Source: Chlamydiota bacterium (lineage in GTDB: Bacteria > Auribacterota > JACPWU01). From it: a DNA stretch of 26,169 nucleotides. Within the stretch, counting starts at the first letter, position 1; each line of letters opens with the position of its first letter. Location: NCBI GenBank assembly GCA_016196885.1, contig JACPWU010000018.1:1-26169 (forward strand), given 5' to 3'. The notes under the pieces are model-generated. The model was not told where the DNA came from, ran no database searches, and was given only the letters and a program-made list of their open reading frames with translations. The translations under genes were made by a program, and so were the position numbers. Below, in pieces: positions 16,555-25,070 of this stretch.

Positions 16555-17822
16555 AATATTCAAAGATGAGATTTCAGAATGGACTCCGCTTAGCGGTTTG
16601 CGAAATGCCGGACGTCAGGAGTGTGACCTTGGGAGTTTGGGTAGGTGTGGGGGGACGATTTGAAGAAGATTCGATTGCAGGTGTTTCTCATTTTTTGGAG
16701 CACATGCTTTTTAAGGGCACACAAAAAAGAACTGCCGTCCAGATTTCTCAGGCGATTGAAGGGGTCGGCGGTAGTATGAACGCCTTTACGACAGAAGAGA
16801 CCACTTGCTTTTATGCGAAGGTGATGGCAGAGCGCTTTCATGAAGTGCTGGATGTTTTGGCAGACATGGTTGAGAACGCGGCCTTTCGCCCTCAGGATGT
16901 GAAGCGGGAACGGGGTGTGATTCTGGAAGAATTGAGAATGAATCGCGATGTGCCTTCCAATTATGTTTTTGAATTGTTGGGAGAGCTGATGTGGCCAAAA
17001 CATCCTTTGGGTCGTGCGCTGATTGGGACAGAGGAAACCATTCGCAGTTTAAACCGAAAGGATTTTCTGAAATTCAAGGATGAAAATTACACCGCCTCTA
17101 ATATTGTGATTGCAGTGGCGGGCAAGGTCAATTTTAAAGAGGTGGGTGAAGCGGTTGGGAAGAAATTTTCATTTCTCAAATCTCAGAAGCCTCGCTTGAA
17201 TTGTCTACCTGTTTTAGAAACTCAGAAAGAGCCAGAGGTTAAAATTTTCAAAAAGAAAACAGAGCAAACTCATCTTTGCATCGGTGTTCGGGCTTATCAT
17301 CGTAATCATCAGGATCGTTTTAGTTTAAGAATCCTAAATGCCATTTTGGGAGAGAACATGAGCTCTCGGCTTTTTCAGGTGATTCGAGAGAAGATGGGAC
17401 TTACTTATGATATCAGTTCTTCCATCGAGAGATTTTCGGATACGGGTTCCTTGGTGATTTCAGCGGGGGTGACCCTTGCACATTTGCCCAAGGCCTTGGA
17501 AGGGACTTTAAAAGAACTCTCGAAGCTTGCAAAAAAAGGGGTGAAGAAAAAAGAATTTGAGATGGCCAAGGAATATTGCATGGGTCAGGTAGGTTTGGGG
17601 ATGGAAAAAAGTTCTAATCAGATGGTTTATATTGGGGAGAGTGAACTTTCTTCAGGGAAGATTTTGGATTTTGATGAGTTGATGGCTGAGATACGGGCTG
17701 TGACAGTAGATGACATTCAACGTGTGGCTCAGGATCTCTTTGTGGATAAAAAGTTAAATTTGGCAATTGTCGGACCGGTCCAGAGAGAGAAGGCGGTGAA
17801 AAGGGTGTTTTCGATGTCATGA
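16551..17822 (+). CDS. M16-family zinc metallopeptidase (pitrilysin-like)
   Basis: 423 aa with an inverted zinc motif HFLEHMLFKGT (HxxEH) and a downstream E in the ILEEL region. Confidence 0.88.
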   Translation: MKYSKMRFQNGLRLAVCEMPDVRSVTLGVWVGVGGRFEEDSIAGVSHFLEHMLFKGTQKRTAVQISQAIEGVGGSMNAFTTEETTCFYAKVMAERFHEVLDVLADMVENAAFRPQDVKRERGVILEELRMNRDVPSNYVFELLGELMWPKHPLGRALIGTEETIRSLNRKDFLKFKDENYTASNIVIAVAGKVNFKEVGEAVGKKFSFLKSQKPRLNCLPVLETQKEPEVKIFKKKTEQTHLCIGVRAYHRNHQDRFSLRILNAILGENMSSRLFQVIREKMGLTYDISSSIERFSDTGSLVISAGVTLAHLPKALEGTLKELSKLAKKGVKKKEFEMAKEYCMGQVGLGMEKSSNQMVYIGESELSSGKILDFDELMAEIRAVTVDDIQRVAQDLFVDKKLNLAIVGPVQREKAVKRVFSMS

Positions 17823-17840
17823 ATAGTAGGAAATAAAAAC

Positions 17841-17945
17841 AATGACCAATATCCAATTTCAAATGTCAAATGAATGACCAATGACCACTTTCCAATTGGA
17901 CATTGGATCATTGGAAATTAACTTGTCATTTGTCATTGGACATTT
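17841..17945. repeat. heptad-periodic imperfect palindrome (AATGACC / ATTGGAC / GTCATTT family)
   Basis: About 15 consecutive 7-nt units (AATGACC AATATCC AATTTCA AATGTCA AATGAAT GACCAAT GACCACT TTCCAAT TGGACAT TGGATCA TTGGAAA .. GTCATTT GTCATTG) are centred on CCAATTGG (17892-17899). Confidence 0.8.
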
Positions 17946-17962
17946 CTGTTTTGTGGGTTTTT

Positions 17963-18640
17963 ATGAACAAAAAAATCAAAATAGCGCCTTCGATTTTGGC
18001 CGGGGATTTTGGGCATTTGGCGGATGAGGCAGAGCGAGCCGAGGAGGCGGGCGCAGATACCCTGCATGTGGACATCATGGATGGCCATTTTGTGCCCAAT
18101 TTAACCATTGGCCCTCAGTCGGTGGCCGCGATTCGAAAAAAGACGAGACTTCCCTTGGATGTTCATTTGATGATTTCGGATCCTCTTAGGTATGCGGATG
18201 AATTTATTAGATCGGGCGCTAATAATCTGACCATTCATTTGGAAATAAAAAAAGATATTTCGTCTATTCTTCGTTACATCAAGTCTAAGCATATTCGTTG
18301 CGGTTTGGCTGTGAAGCCCGGGACCCCTTTTGAAGATGCCGCTCCCTATTTGGAAAAAATAGATCTTTTGCTTCTGATGACGGTAGAACCTGGTTTTGGC
18401 GGGCAAAAGTTCATATCGGAAGTGATTGTGAAAATTGAGAAGGCGCGTCAATGGGCGGATCAACATCGGCGCTCTTTCGATATTGAAGTGGATGGAGGCA
18501 TCAACTCAAAAACCGTGCCAGAGGTGGTGCGTGCGGGTGCTAATGTGTTGGTGGCAGGATCTGCCATTTATGGAGCGTCTGAAATGAAAGATGCTATCAC
18601 TCAAATGCGAACTTTAGCAGAACAATCAAAGGAGAAGTAA
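17963..18640 (+). CDS. rpe: ribulose-phosphate 3-epimerase
   Basis: IAPSILAGDF and HVDIMDGHFVPN motifs are present. The track ORF begins at a TTG (17903) inside the heptad repeat, whereas ATG 17963 gives the canonical N-terminus MNKKIKIAPSIL. Confidence 0.92.
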   Translation: MNKKIKIAPSILAGDFGHLADEAERAEEAGADTLHVDIMDGHFVPNLTIGPQSVAAIRKKTRLPLDVHLMISDPLRYADEFIRSGANNLTIHLEIKKDISSILRYIKSKHIRCGLAVKPGTPFEDAAPYLEKIDLLLLMTVEPGFGGQKFISEVIVKIEKARQWADQHRRSFDIEVDGGINSKTVPEVVRAGANVLVAGSAIYGASEMKDAITQMRTLAEQSKEK

Positions 18641-18655
18641 TTCCCTTATTAGTGT

Positions 18656-18746
18656 ATCCGAAAAGTTCCCTCCCCCTTGTGGGGAGGGTTAGGGAGGGGG
18701 TGCTTGAGCTCACCCTCCCCTAACCCCTCCCATCAAGGGAGGGGAA
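18656..18746. repeat. G-rich palindromic repeat element, copy B (inverted relative to copy A)
   Basis: Compared with the reverse complement of 8349-8440, the arms are identical except for 2 mismatches, and the 34-nt right arm is exact. Only the central loop differs. Confidence 0.9.
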
Positions 18747-18793
18747 TAATAGGGTTTTTGACAGTCTGAGTCGGAGGGGTTAAGGGTTTTAAA

Positions 18794-20593
18794 ATGATAA
18801 ACCTAGATCACATTCGAAATTTTTGTATCATTGCGCACATTGATCATGGCAAGTCTACTTTGGCCGATCGGCTTTTAGAACTCACGAAGACGATCACGCT
18901 TCGTGAGTCACGTGATCAAGTCTTAGACGTGATGGATTTGGAACGGGAGCGGGGGATCACGATCAAGGCCCATCCCGTACGGATGAATTATCAGTCCAAA
19001 GACGGCAAAGTTTATATTTTGAATTTGATGGATACGCCAGGGCATGTAGATTTTTCCTACGAGGTTTCTCGGAGTTTATCAGCTTGCGAGGGTGCGATTC
19101 TTCTCGTGGACGCAGCCCAAGGTGTGGAGGCTCAGACTGTTTCCAATATTCATTTGGCTTTGGAGCAGGGTTTGGAAATCATCCCCGTTATTAATAAAAT
19201 TGATTTGCCCAGTGCGGATGTTGATAGAGTGATTCGACAGTTGGACGCGATCATCGGCGTTTTTCCGGAGGAGGTGATTCGGGTGAGTGCCAAAACAGGG
19301 GAAGGTGTTTCGAATGTAATAGATGCCGTCATTGAGAAAATTCCACCCCCTCAGTCTCAGGGAGAAGGAAAAATTCAGGCCCTGATTTTTGATTCTTTGT
19401 TTGATACGTATAAAGGGGTGATTGTTTATACGCGCGTGATAGAAGGGACGATTCGAGCGGGTCTTAAAATTCTCATGATGGCCACGAATCAGATTTTTGA
19501 AGTGATTGAAGTCGGACATTTTAAATTGAAACTGACTCCCACAGAATCTCTGGGGCCGGGCGAGGTGGGCTATGTGGTAGCCAACATTAAATCGGCGCAA
19601 GACATTCGTGTGGGGGATACCATCACGGATGCCAAGCATCCAGCCTTGGTGCCCTTGCCAGGATTTAAGCATATTTCACCGATGGTGTTTTGCGGCCTTT
19701 ATCCGATTTCGGTGGAGGATTATGGTCTTCTCAAAAATGCAATTCAGAAATTAAGTCTGAATGATTCTTCCTTCACCTTTGAATCTGAGGATTCTGTTGC
19801 TTTGGGGTATGGCTTTCGATGCGGTTTTTTAGGGTTACTTCACATGGAGGTGATTCAGCAGAGATTGGAAAGGGAATTTGGCGTGGATTTGATCGCAACC
19901 TCTCCCAGCGTGATTTATAAAATTAGAAAAACAAATGGAGAGGAACTTTCGTTGGACAACCCCGTGAAATTTCCATCTTTTCAGGAAATTGAATATGTTG
20001 AAGAGCCGGTGATTGAGGCGACAATCATTGCACCGGTCGATTTTATTGGTGCTGTCATGCAACTGGGCGTAGATTATAGGGGTGTGTGCAGCAAAACAGA
20101 ATCTCTTGATCAAACACGGGTGATGATGACTTTTGAATTTCCCTTGGGAGAGATTCTGACGGAGTTCTTCGATCGCTTAAAATCCGTCACGAGGGGATAC
20201 GGCTCTTTGGATTATGAACACAAGGGCTATCAAATTTCAGATGTGGCGAGGCTGGATGTTTTAATCAATGGCGAGGTGATAGATGCTTTTTCCCTCATCG
20301 TGCATCAGACGAAGGGCGAGGCAAAGTGCCGTCAATTGGCTAAGAAATTGAAGGATGTGATTCCCAAACAGCTTTTTCAAGTGGCTATTCAAACTGCCTT
20401 GAACAATCGCGTGGTGGCTCGTGAGACGATTGGCGCGTTAAAAAAAGATGTGACAGCCAAATGTTATGGGGGAGATATCACCCGCAAGAGAAAACTTTGG
20501 GAGAAACAGAAGGAAGGAAAAAAGAAAATGAAGGCCTTTGGCAAGATTCAGATTCCTCAGAAGGCTTTTTTGGATGTTTTAAAGGCGGATTGA
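18794..20593 (+). CDS. lepA: elongation factor 4
   Basis: 599 aa with the G1 motif AHIDHGKSTLADR, DTPGHVDF, NKID and the characteristic LepA C-terminal domain. Confidence 0.97.
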   Translation: MINLDHIRNFCIIAHIDHGKSTLADRLLELTKTITLRESRDQVLDVMDLERERGITIKAHPVRMNYQSKDGKVYILNLMDTPGHVDFSYEVSRSLSACEGAILLVDAAQGVEAQTVSNIHLALEQGLEIIPVINKIDLPSADVDRVIRQLDAIIGVFPEEVIRVSAKTGEGVSNVIDAVIEKIPPPQSQGEGKIQALIFDSLFDTYKGVIVYTRVIEGTIRAGLKILMMATNQIFEVIEVGHFKLKLTPTESLGPGEVGYVVANIKSAQDIRVGDTITDAKHPALVPLPGFKHISPMVFCGLYPISVEDYGLLKNAIQKLSLNDSSFTFESEDSVALGYGFRCGFLGLLHMEVIQQRLEREFGVDLIATSPSVIYKIRKTNGEELSLDNPVKFPSFQEIEYVEEPVIEATIIAPVDFIGAVMQLGVDYRGVCSKTESLDQTRVMMTFEFPLGEILTEFFDRLKSVTRGYGSLDYEHKGYQISDVARLDVLINGEVIDAFSLIVHQTKGEAKCRQLAKKLKDVIPKQLFQVAIQTALNNRVVARETIGALKKDVTAKCYGGDITRKRKLWEKQKEGKKKMKAFGKIQIPQKAFLDVLKAD

Positions 20594-20597
20594 AAAA

Positions 20598-20625
20598 CAG
20601 AAGACAGAAGACAGAAGACAGAAAA
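20598..20625. repeat. tandem heptads (CAGAAGA)x3 plus a degenerate 4th unit
   Basis: There are three perfect CAGAAGA units followed by CAGAAAA, beginning 5 nt after the lepA stop. Confidence 0.85.
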
Positions 20626-20631
20626 ACATAG

Positions 20632-20656
20632 ATCCCCGATTAGTACACTCGGGGAT
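20632..20656. repeat. CCCCGA hairpin
   Basis: ATCCCCGA (20632-20639) pairs with TCGGGGAT (20649-20656) around a 9-nt loop. The stem type matches those at 2641-2664 and 12945-12960. Confidence 0.6.
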
Positions 20657-20678
20657 GACTAAAAATGAGGACTAAAAT

Positions 20679-21386
20679 ATGGAATCTAAAATAAGCTTTG
20701 CTAAGCAACTATCCAGTCTAAAGTGGTGGATCGAATTGCTTGAATCTATTTTGGTCGCTTTTATCATTGCCATGATTGCGAGAACTTTTATTGTGCAGGC
20801 GTTCAAGATTCCAACAGGTTCGATGGAACCGACTCTGCATGGAGATCCCAAGCATGGGGATCGTGTCTTGGTGAATAAATTTGTTTATTCGCTGCATCCT
20901 CCCCAGCGCGGCGATATTGTGGTTTTTAAAACCCTCAATATTGCGGGCTTGGATTATCACAAGGATTATATTAAGCGCTTGGTGGGCTTGCCGGGTGATA
21001 CGGTGGAAATTCGGGATGGACATGTGTATGTGAATGATGAACTCTTGAGCGAACCTGATATTTTTCAAAAGATTCATTACACCAATACCACGATTCGAAA
21101 GAAGCCGTTGGGGGAAGAGGGCCAGTATGGTTTGGAAGGGGGCAGGGTTGTTGTTCCTCCGGATCATTACTTTGTTTTGGGAGATCACAGTTCCGTCAGT
21201 TTCGACAGTCGCTATTGGGGATTTGTCCCCAAAGAAAATTTAATGGGAAAGGCGTTCTTGACGTATTGGCCGCTTGACCGTTTGAAATTGTTAAAAAAGA
21301 GTGAGGAGATTTTTTATGAAGATGAAGGAATCAGAAGGGACAGAAGGAACTCCGAGTTTCGAGGAGTTTCAGAAAGAGTTTTCTAA
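20679..21386 (+). CDS. lepB: signal peptidase I
   Basis: 235 aa with an N-terminal TM segment, the Ser motif IPTGSMEPTL, the Lys motif YIKRLVGLPGD and GDHSSVSFDSRYWGFV. A roughly 30-aa tail extends past the conserved end into the next gene. Confidence 0.9.
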   Translation: MESKISFAKQLSSLKWWIELLESILVAFIIAMIARTFIVQAFKIPTGSMEPTLHGDPKHGDRVLVNKFVYSLHPPQRGDIVVFKTLNIAGLDYHKDYIKRLVGLPGDTVEIRDGHVYVNDELLSEPDIFQKIHYTNTTIRKKPLGEEGQYGLEGGRVVVPPDHYFVLGDHSSVSFDSRYWGFVPKENLMGKAFLTYWPLDRLKLLKKSEEIFYEDEGIRRDRRNSEFRGVSERVF

Positions 21387-22884
21387 ATTGATTAAGGAAA
21401 AATTGGGTGCGAAGGGGGTGGGTTTTGTTTTTCCCCAGCCTGATGCGCTTAAGACTTCGGAGGAACCTGTCAAAGAGAAAAAACCTCCGAGAGAAATTAA
21501 ATTTGATTTAAAGCCCAAAGAGGTCAAGGCCTTTTTGGATCGTTTTGTGATTCAGCAGGATGAGGCAAAAAAAGTTTTAGCCATTGCCGTGTGTGACCAT
21601 TACCATCATGTGGCTTCTTGTCTGGGCAAAGAAGGCTGCGGGAATTATGCCAAGCAAAATGTGCTTTTGATGGGTCCCACCGGTGTCGGTAAAACTTATT
21701 TGATCCGAACCATCGCTACCTTGATCGGTGTTCCATTTATCAAGGCGGATGCGACTAAATTCAGTGAAACGGGCTATGTGGGAGGAGATGTCGAGGATTT
21801 GATCCGGGATTTGGTTCATAAGGCGGACGGGGATATCACACTAGCCCAATACGGCATTATTTATTTGGATGAGGTGGATAAAATTGCGGCTCCTTCGAAT
21901 TTAATGGGCCGCGATGTGAGTGGTCAAGGGGTTCAGCGAGGGCTTCTCAAATTAATGGAAGAGACGGAAATCGCCCTTAAATCTTCCAGCGATTTGACCA
22001 GCCAAATTCAGGCTGTGATGGAATTTCAGGCCAAGGGAAAAATTGAGCGTAAGACCATTAACACGCGGCATGTTTTATTCATCATGAGCGGAGCTTTTGA
22101 TGGGCTCACAGAAATTGTGAAGAAAAGGATGCAAATGCGCTCGATTGGGTTTCTAGAGCCTCTTCAGGCGATGGATCAACATGTTCAGATGCAAAGGCAT
22201 GGGACGACGCAGGATTTTATCAAATTTGGTTTTGATCCTGAGTTTGTGGCGAGACTGCCTGTGCGTGTGGTTTTAAATGATCTATGGGAGGAGGACCTTT
22301 ACAAGATTCTAAAGACTTCTGAAGATTCTGTCGTGAAACAATATGTTGGGGATTTTAAGGCCTATGGGATTGATGTGGTTTTTTCAGATGAATCTTTGTG
22401 GGCCATTGCGAAAAAGGCAGCCCTTGAGAAAACGGGGGCCCGAGGGCTTTTTACGATTTGTGAAAAGGCCCTAAGGGATTATAAATATGAACTTCCCTCT
22501 ACAGGGGTCCGCCGTTTTGTGGTTACACCTGCCCTTATTGAAAATCCTATCGAAGAACTTCAGAGAATGCTTCAAGACCCCGCTTACATTGACCAAGAAT
22601 TTATGACCTTGCAAATTCAATCCTTTGAGAAGGAATTTGAAAATAAATTCCAAGTAAAAATTCATTTTATAGAAGATGCGTGTGCTTGGATGAAAGAGGT
22701 TCTTTCCAAAGAAGGGACTACGGTCGAAGAGTGGTGCCGGGAAAAGTTAAAAAATTATGAATATGGTCTTGTCTTGATTCGGCAAAATTCTGGGAAGGAA
22801 ATATTTGAAATCACAAAAGAAGTTTTGGAAAATCCTCAGGCAGCCTTGGACGGATGGATTCGAGACTCGTATTTTGGTCGATAA
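21316..22884 (+). CDS. ClpX-like AAA+ unfoldase paralog (no zinc-binding domain, extra C-terminal domain)
   Basis: It aligns by eye to ClpX: Walker A GPTGVGKT, pore loop GYVG, Walker B IIYLDEVDKI, RDVSGQGVQRGLLKLME, an IGF-like SIGF and sensor GARGL. ATG 21316 is preceded by AGGAG (21304-21308). The track start GTG 21301 and a TTG at 21388 are alternatives. Confidence 0.8.
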   Translation: MKMKESEGTEGTPSFEEFQKEFSKLIKEKLGAKGVGFVFPQPDALKTSEEPVKEKKPPREIKFDLKPKEVKAFLDRFVIQQDEAKKVLAIAVCDHYHHVASCLGKEGCGNYAKQNVLLMGPTGVGKTYLIRTIATLIGVPFIKADATKFSETGYVGGDVEDLIRDLVHKADGDITLAQYGIIYLDEVDKIAAPSNLMGRDVSGQGVQRGLLKLMEETEIALKSSSDLTSQIQAVMEFQAKGKIERKTINTRHVLFIMSGAFDGLTEIVKKRMQMRSIGFLEPLQAMDQHVQMQRHGTTQDFIKFGFDPEFVARLPVRVVLNDLWEEDLYKILKTSEDSVVKQYVGDFKAYGIDVVFSDESLWAIAKKAALEKTGARGLFTICEKALRDYKYELPSTGVRRFVVTPALIENPIEELQRMLQDPAYIDQEFMTLQIQSFEKEFENKFQVKIHFIEDACAWMKEVLSKEGTTVEEWCREKLKNYEYGLVLIRQNSGKEIFEITKEVLENPQAALDGWIRDSYFGR

Positions 22885-22954
22885 TCCATGGTCCACAGTC
22901 CATAGAAATAAATCATTCCTTTAGAACCGTGGACTATTGACTGTGGACTATGGA
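22885..22954. repeat. heptad-based hairpin (GTCCACA/GTCCATA family)
   Basis: TCCATGGTCCACAGTCCATAG (22885-22905) pairs with CTATTGACTGTGGACTATGGA (22934-22954) at 19 of 21 positions, with a 28-nt loop. It starts 1 nt after the upstream stop and covers ATG 22950. Confidence 0.8.
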
Positions 22955-24272
22955 CTTGTTTATGCCTTCAAAAAAAGAACATGCCCTTTACATTATTAGT
23001 ACCCTTCGCCAAACAGGCTTCGAAGCCCTTTTTGCAGGCGGATGTGTCCGGGACATGGTCATGGGCAAAGAGCCCCATGATTATGATATTGCGACTCGCG
23101 CTCTTCCCGAAGAGGTCATGAAAATTTTTCCCAGAACGGTTCCCGTCGGGGTCCAGTTTGGAGTGGTTCTGGTGCTTTGCGAGGACGAACAATTTGAAGT
23201 TGCCACTTTTCGTTCCGAGGGAGGATACACAGACGGTCGTCATCCAAGCTGCGTTAAATTTACCTCAAGCCGTGAAGATGTTTTGAGACGGGATTTTACC
23301 GTCAATGGTCTTCTTTACGATCCCCAAGAAAATAAAGTCATTGATTATGTTGGAGGTGTCAAAGACATTGAGAGAAAAATCATTCGCACCATTGGCAATC
23401 CCCGCCAAAGATTTGAGGAGGATAAACTTCGGCTTTTAAGGGCGGTTCGGTTTGCCACCCATTTAGAATTTGAAATAGAGCCTGAAACTTTTAGAACCAT
23501 TCTGGAACTTTCTTCCCAAATTTCAGCGGTCAGTGCCGAGAGAATTCGCGATGAATTGGTCAAAATTTTTACGGGCCCTCATCCAGGAAAGGGGCTCGAT
23601 CTTTTAAGCCAAACAGGTCTCCTGAAAATGATTTTACCGGAAGTCGAGGCCATGAAAGGGGTGGAGCAACCTCCCGAATTTCATCCCGAAGGAGATGTGT
23701 ATATTCACACCAAAATGTTGCTCGATCAAATAAGCAGTGTTGACAGGATACTCGCGCTGGGCGCACTTCTTCACGATGTTGGAAAACCTCCCACAAAGAC
23801 CCTTTCAGATCGAATCCGATTTAACAATCACCAAAATGTCGGGGCACGGATGTCCGAAGAAATTCTAAAACGCCTCCGTTTTTCAAATGACGATATTGAA
23901 GACATCACGGCCTGTGTCCAAAATCACATGACCTTCAAGGATGTCAAAGAAATGAGGGTCGCCAAACTCAAGCGCTTCATGGCCAGGCCTACGTTTGCAG
24001 CGGAACTGGAACTCCATCGCATTGACTGCCTGGCCAGTCACGGGATCTTAGAAAATTGGCACTTTCTGAAGGAAAAATATGAAGAATTTCAAAAAGAAGT
24101 TCCTCGTCCCAAACCCCTTCTTACGGGAAATGATTTGATTCAAATGGGCTATCAACCCGGTCCCCGCTTTAAAGAAATCCTAACCGCCGTCGAAGATGCC
24201 TGCCTTGAAAAAACTCTAAACACATCGCAAGGGGCGATGACCTGGGTACAGAAGCATTTCCCTTTACCGTGA
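22950..24272 (+). CDS. cca: CCA-adding tRNA nucleotidyltransferase with HD domain (poly(A) polymerase family)
   Basis: Class-II nucleotidyltransferase head (FAGGCVRD..DYDIAT) plus an HD motif (LLHDVGKP). The first ATG (22950) lies inside a hairpin arm, so ATG 22962 (MPSKKEH) is an equally plausible start. Confidence 0.82.
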   Translation: MDLFMPSKKEHALYIISTLRQTGFEALFAGGCVRDMVMGKEPHDYDIATRALPEEVMKIFPRTVPVGVQFGVVLVLCEDEQFEVATFRSEGGYTDGRHPSCVKFTSSREDVLRRDFTVNGLLYDPQENKVIDYVGGVKDIERKIIRTIGNPRQRFEEDKLRLLRAVRFATHLEFEIEPETFRTILELSSQISAVSAERIRDELVKIFTGPHPGKGLDLLSQTGLLKMILPEVEAMKGVEQPPEFHPEGDVYIHTKMLLDQISSVDRILALGALLHDVGKPPTKTLSDRIRFNNHQNVGARMSEEILKRLRFSNDDIEDITACVQNHMTFKDVKEMRVAKLKRFMARPTFAAELELHRIDCLASHGILENWHFLKEKYEEFQKEVPRPKPLLTGNDLIQMGYQPGPRFKEILTAVEDACLEKTLNTSQGAMTWVQKHFPLP

Positions 24273-24281
24273 TAGGGCGTT

Positions 24282-24491
24282 TTAGATCAGATCTTTAAAT
24301 TCTTCTTCGCTAAGACCAGAGTCTTTGATGATGGATTTTAAGGTATAAGGGTTGATTCTCTTATGACGCGGAATGGTTAGATGGTGTTTACTGTCAGACA
24401 TGCCGATGTGTTTACCCTGCTTTATGATTCTAAATCCTACTTTGGAGAAAGCGTTAACAATTCTCTCAGAGGAGAGATCAGTGAATAACAT
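24282..24491 (-). CDS. hicA: HicA-family (YcfA-like) mRNA interferase toxin
   Basis: 69 aa with the pattern GFRIIKQGKHIGMSD...LTIPRHKRINPYTLKSIIKDSGLS, typical of HicA/YcfA. The start overlaps the hicB stop in TAATG (shared base 24491). Confidence 0.82.
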   Translation of the reverse strand: MLFTDLSSERIVNAFSKVGFRIIKQGKHIGMSDSKHHLTIPRHKRINPYTLKSIIKDSGLSEEEFKDLI

Positions 24492-24700
24492 TAGATTGCT
24501 ACCTCAACTTCATAAAGAGAGCCCTTAGATTCTTCCGAAATCATTTCAAGATAGGTGTGGATGGCGTCTTTGATATTCTCCAGTGCTTCTTCCAAAGTAT
24601 CTCCCTGACTGTGACATCCTGGTAGAAGGGGACAGTGAATATCATAGCCATACTCGCTTTTATGAACAACAACAGGATATTTCATGGTAAAAAAACCCAT
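24491..24700 (-). CDS. hicB: HicB-family (UPF0150) antitoxin, core domain only
   Basis: 69 aa with YPVVVHKSEYGYDIHCPLLPGCHSQGDTLEEALENIKDAI, the HicB N-domain signature. There is no appended HTH/RHH DNA-binding domain. Confidence 0.82.
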   Translation of the reverse strand: MGFFTMKYPVVVHKSEYGYDIHCPLLPGCHSQGDTLEEALENIKDAIHTYLEMISEESKGSLYEVEVAI

Positions 24701-24751
24701 CCTCTCTAGGATATAACTATATCAGATTGATTCATTCTGTCCATTCATTTG

Positions 24752-24994
24752 CTACAACATTTTCTTAAGCACTTCTTGCCAGGGGAGAATAAATATGTTG
24801 TCCTCTCTTTTTTCAACTTGACCCCAATAAGCGATGCAGAGATGGCAGGTCCTGCCATAAAATTCAGCGAAATTTTTAAGGCCGCGTAAATCTGTAGAAT
24901 TCACATTCGTAGAAGCCTTCAGTTCAACAAATTGAATGTACATATTGTGGTCGTAATACCGCGTAAAATGACCACATGTCAACAAAGCTCTTAA
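24752..24994 (-). pseudogene. C-terminal remnant of a second AAA_14/DUF4143-type ATPase
   Basis: The translation (..RYYDHNMYIQFVELKAS...IFILPWQEVL) parallels the C-terminal end of the 11432-12871 protein (..DFIV..ILEVGSG...VVRVPLEFFL). The ATPase domain is absent. The 117-aa track ORF (to 25105) has a non-homologous N-part that overlaps the next gene. Confidence 0.5.
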
Positions 24995-25070
24995 AATACA
25001 CAAAAAAACAACAAAATTTTGACCTTTTCTCCTCTTTAAATGTCCTATTCTAAAAGAGGAGTTCTTTAAA

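Noticed and set aside
2598-18659. An exact 10-mer, TAGTGTATCC, shared by 2598-2607 and 18650-18659. It suggested that the hisC-hisB spacer contains an edge of the G-rich element.
   Set aside because: In a 26-kb window, hundreds of 10-mer coincidences are expected by chance when both strands are considered. The sequences diverge immediately after the 10-mer.
765-21188. Many antisense or nested ORFs in the six-frame track, for example 765-1112(-), 2903-3187(-), 16590-17003(-), 19079-19672(-) and 20718-21188(-).
   Set aside because: They lie entirely inside genes with strong catalytic-motif support on the other strand or frame. Their compositions are biased (R/H/P/S-rich) and they have no RBS or family resemblance. 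They are typical shadow ORFs.
21301-21386. Whether the lepB/clpX-like overlap reflects a frameshift or a sequencing error that fuses or truncates a gene.
   Set aside because: Both reading frames are intact and carry complete conserved cores on either side. I see no homopolymer-associated break, so an error cannot be shown from the sequence alone.
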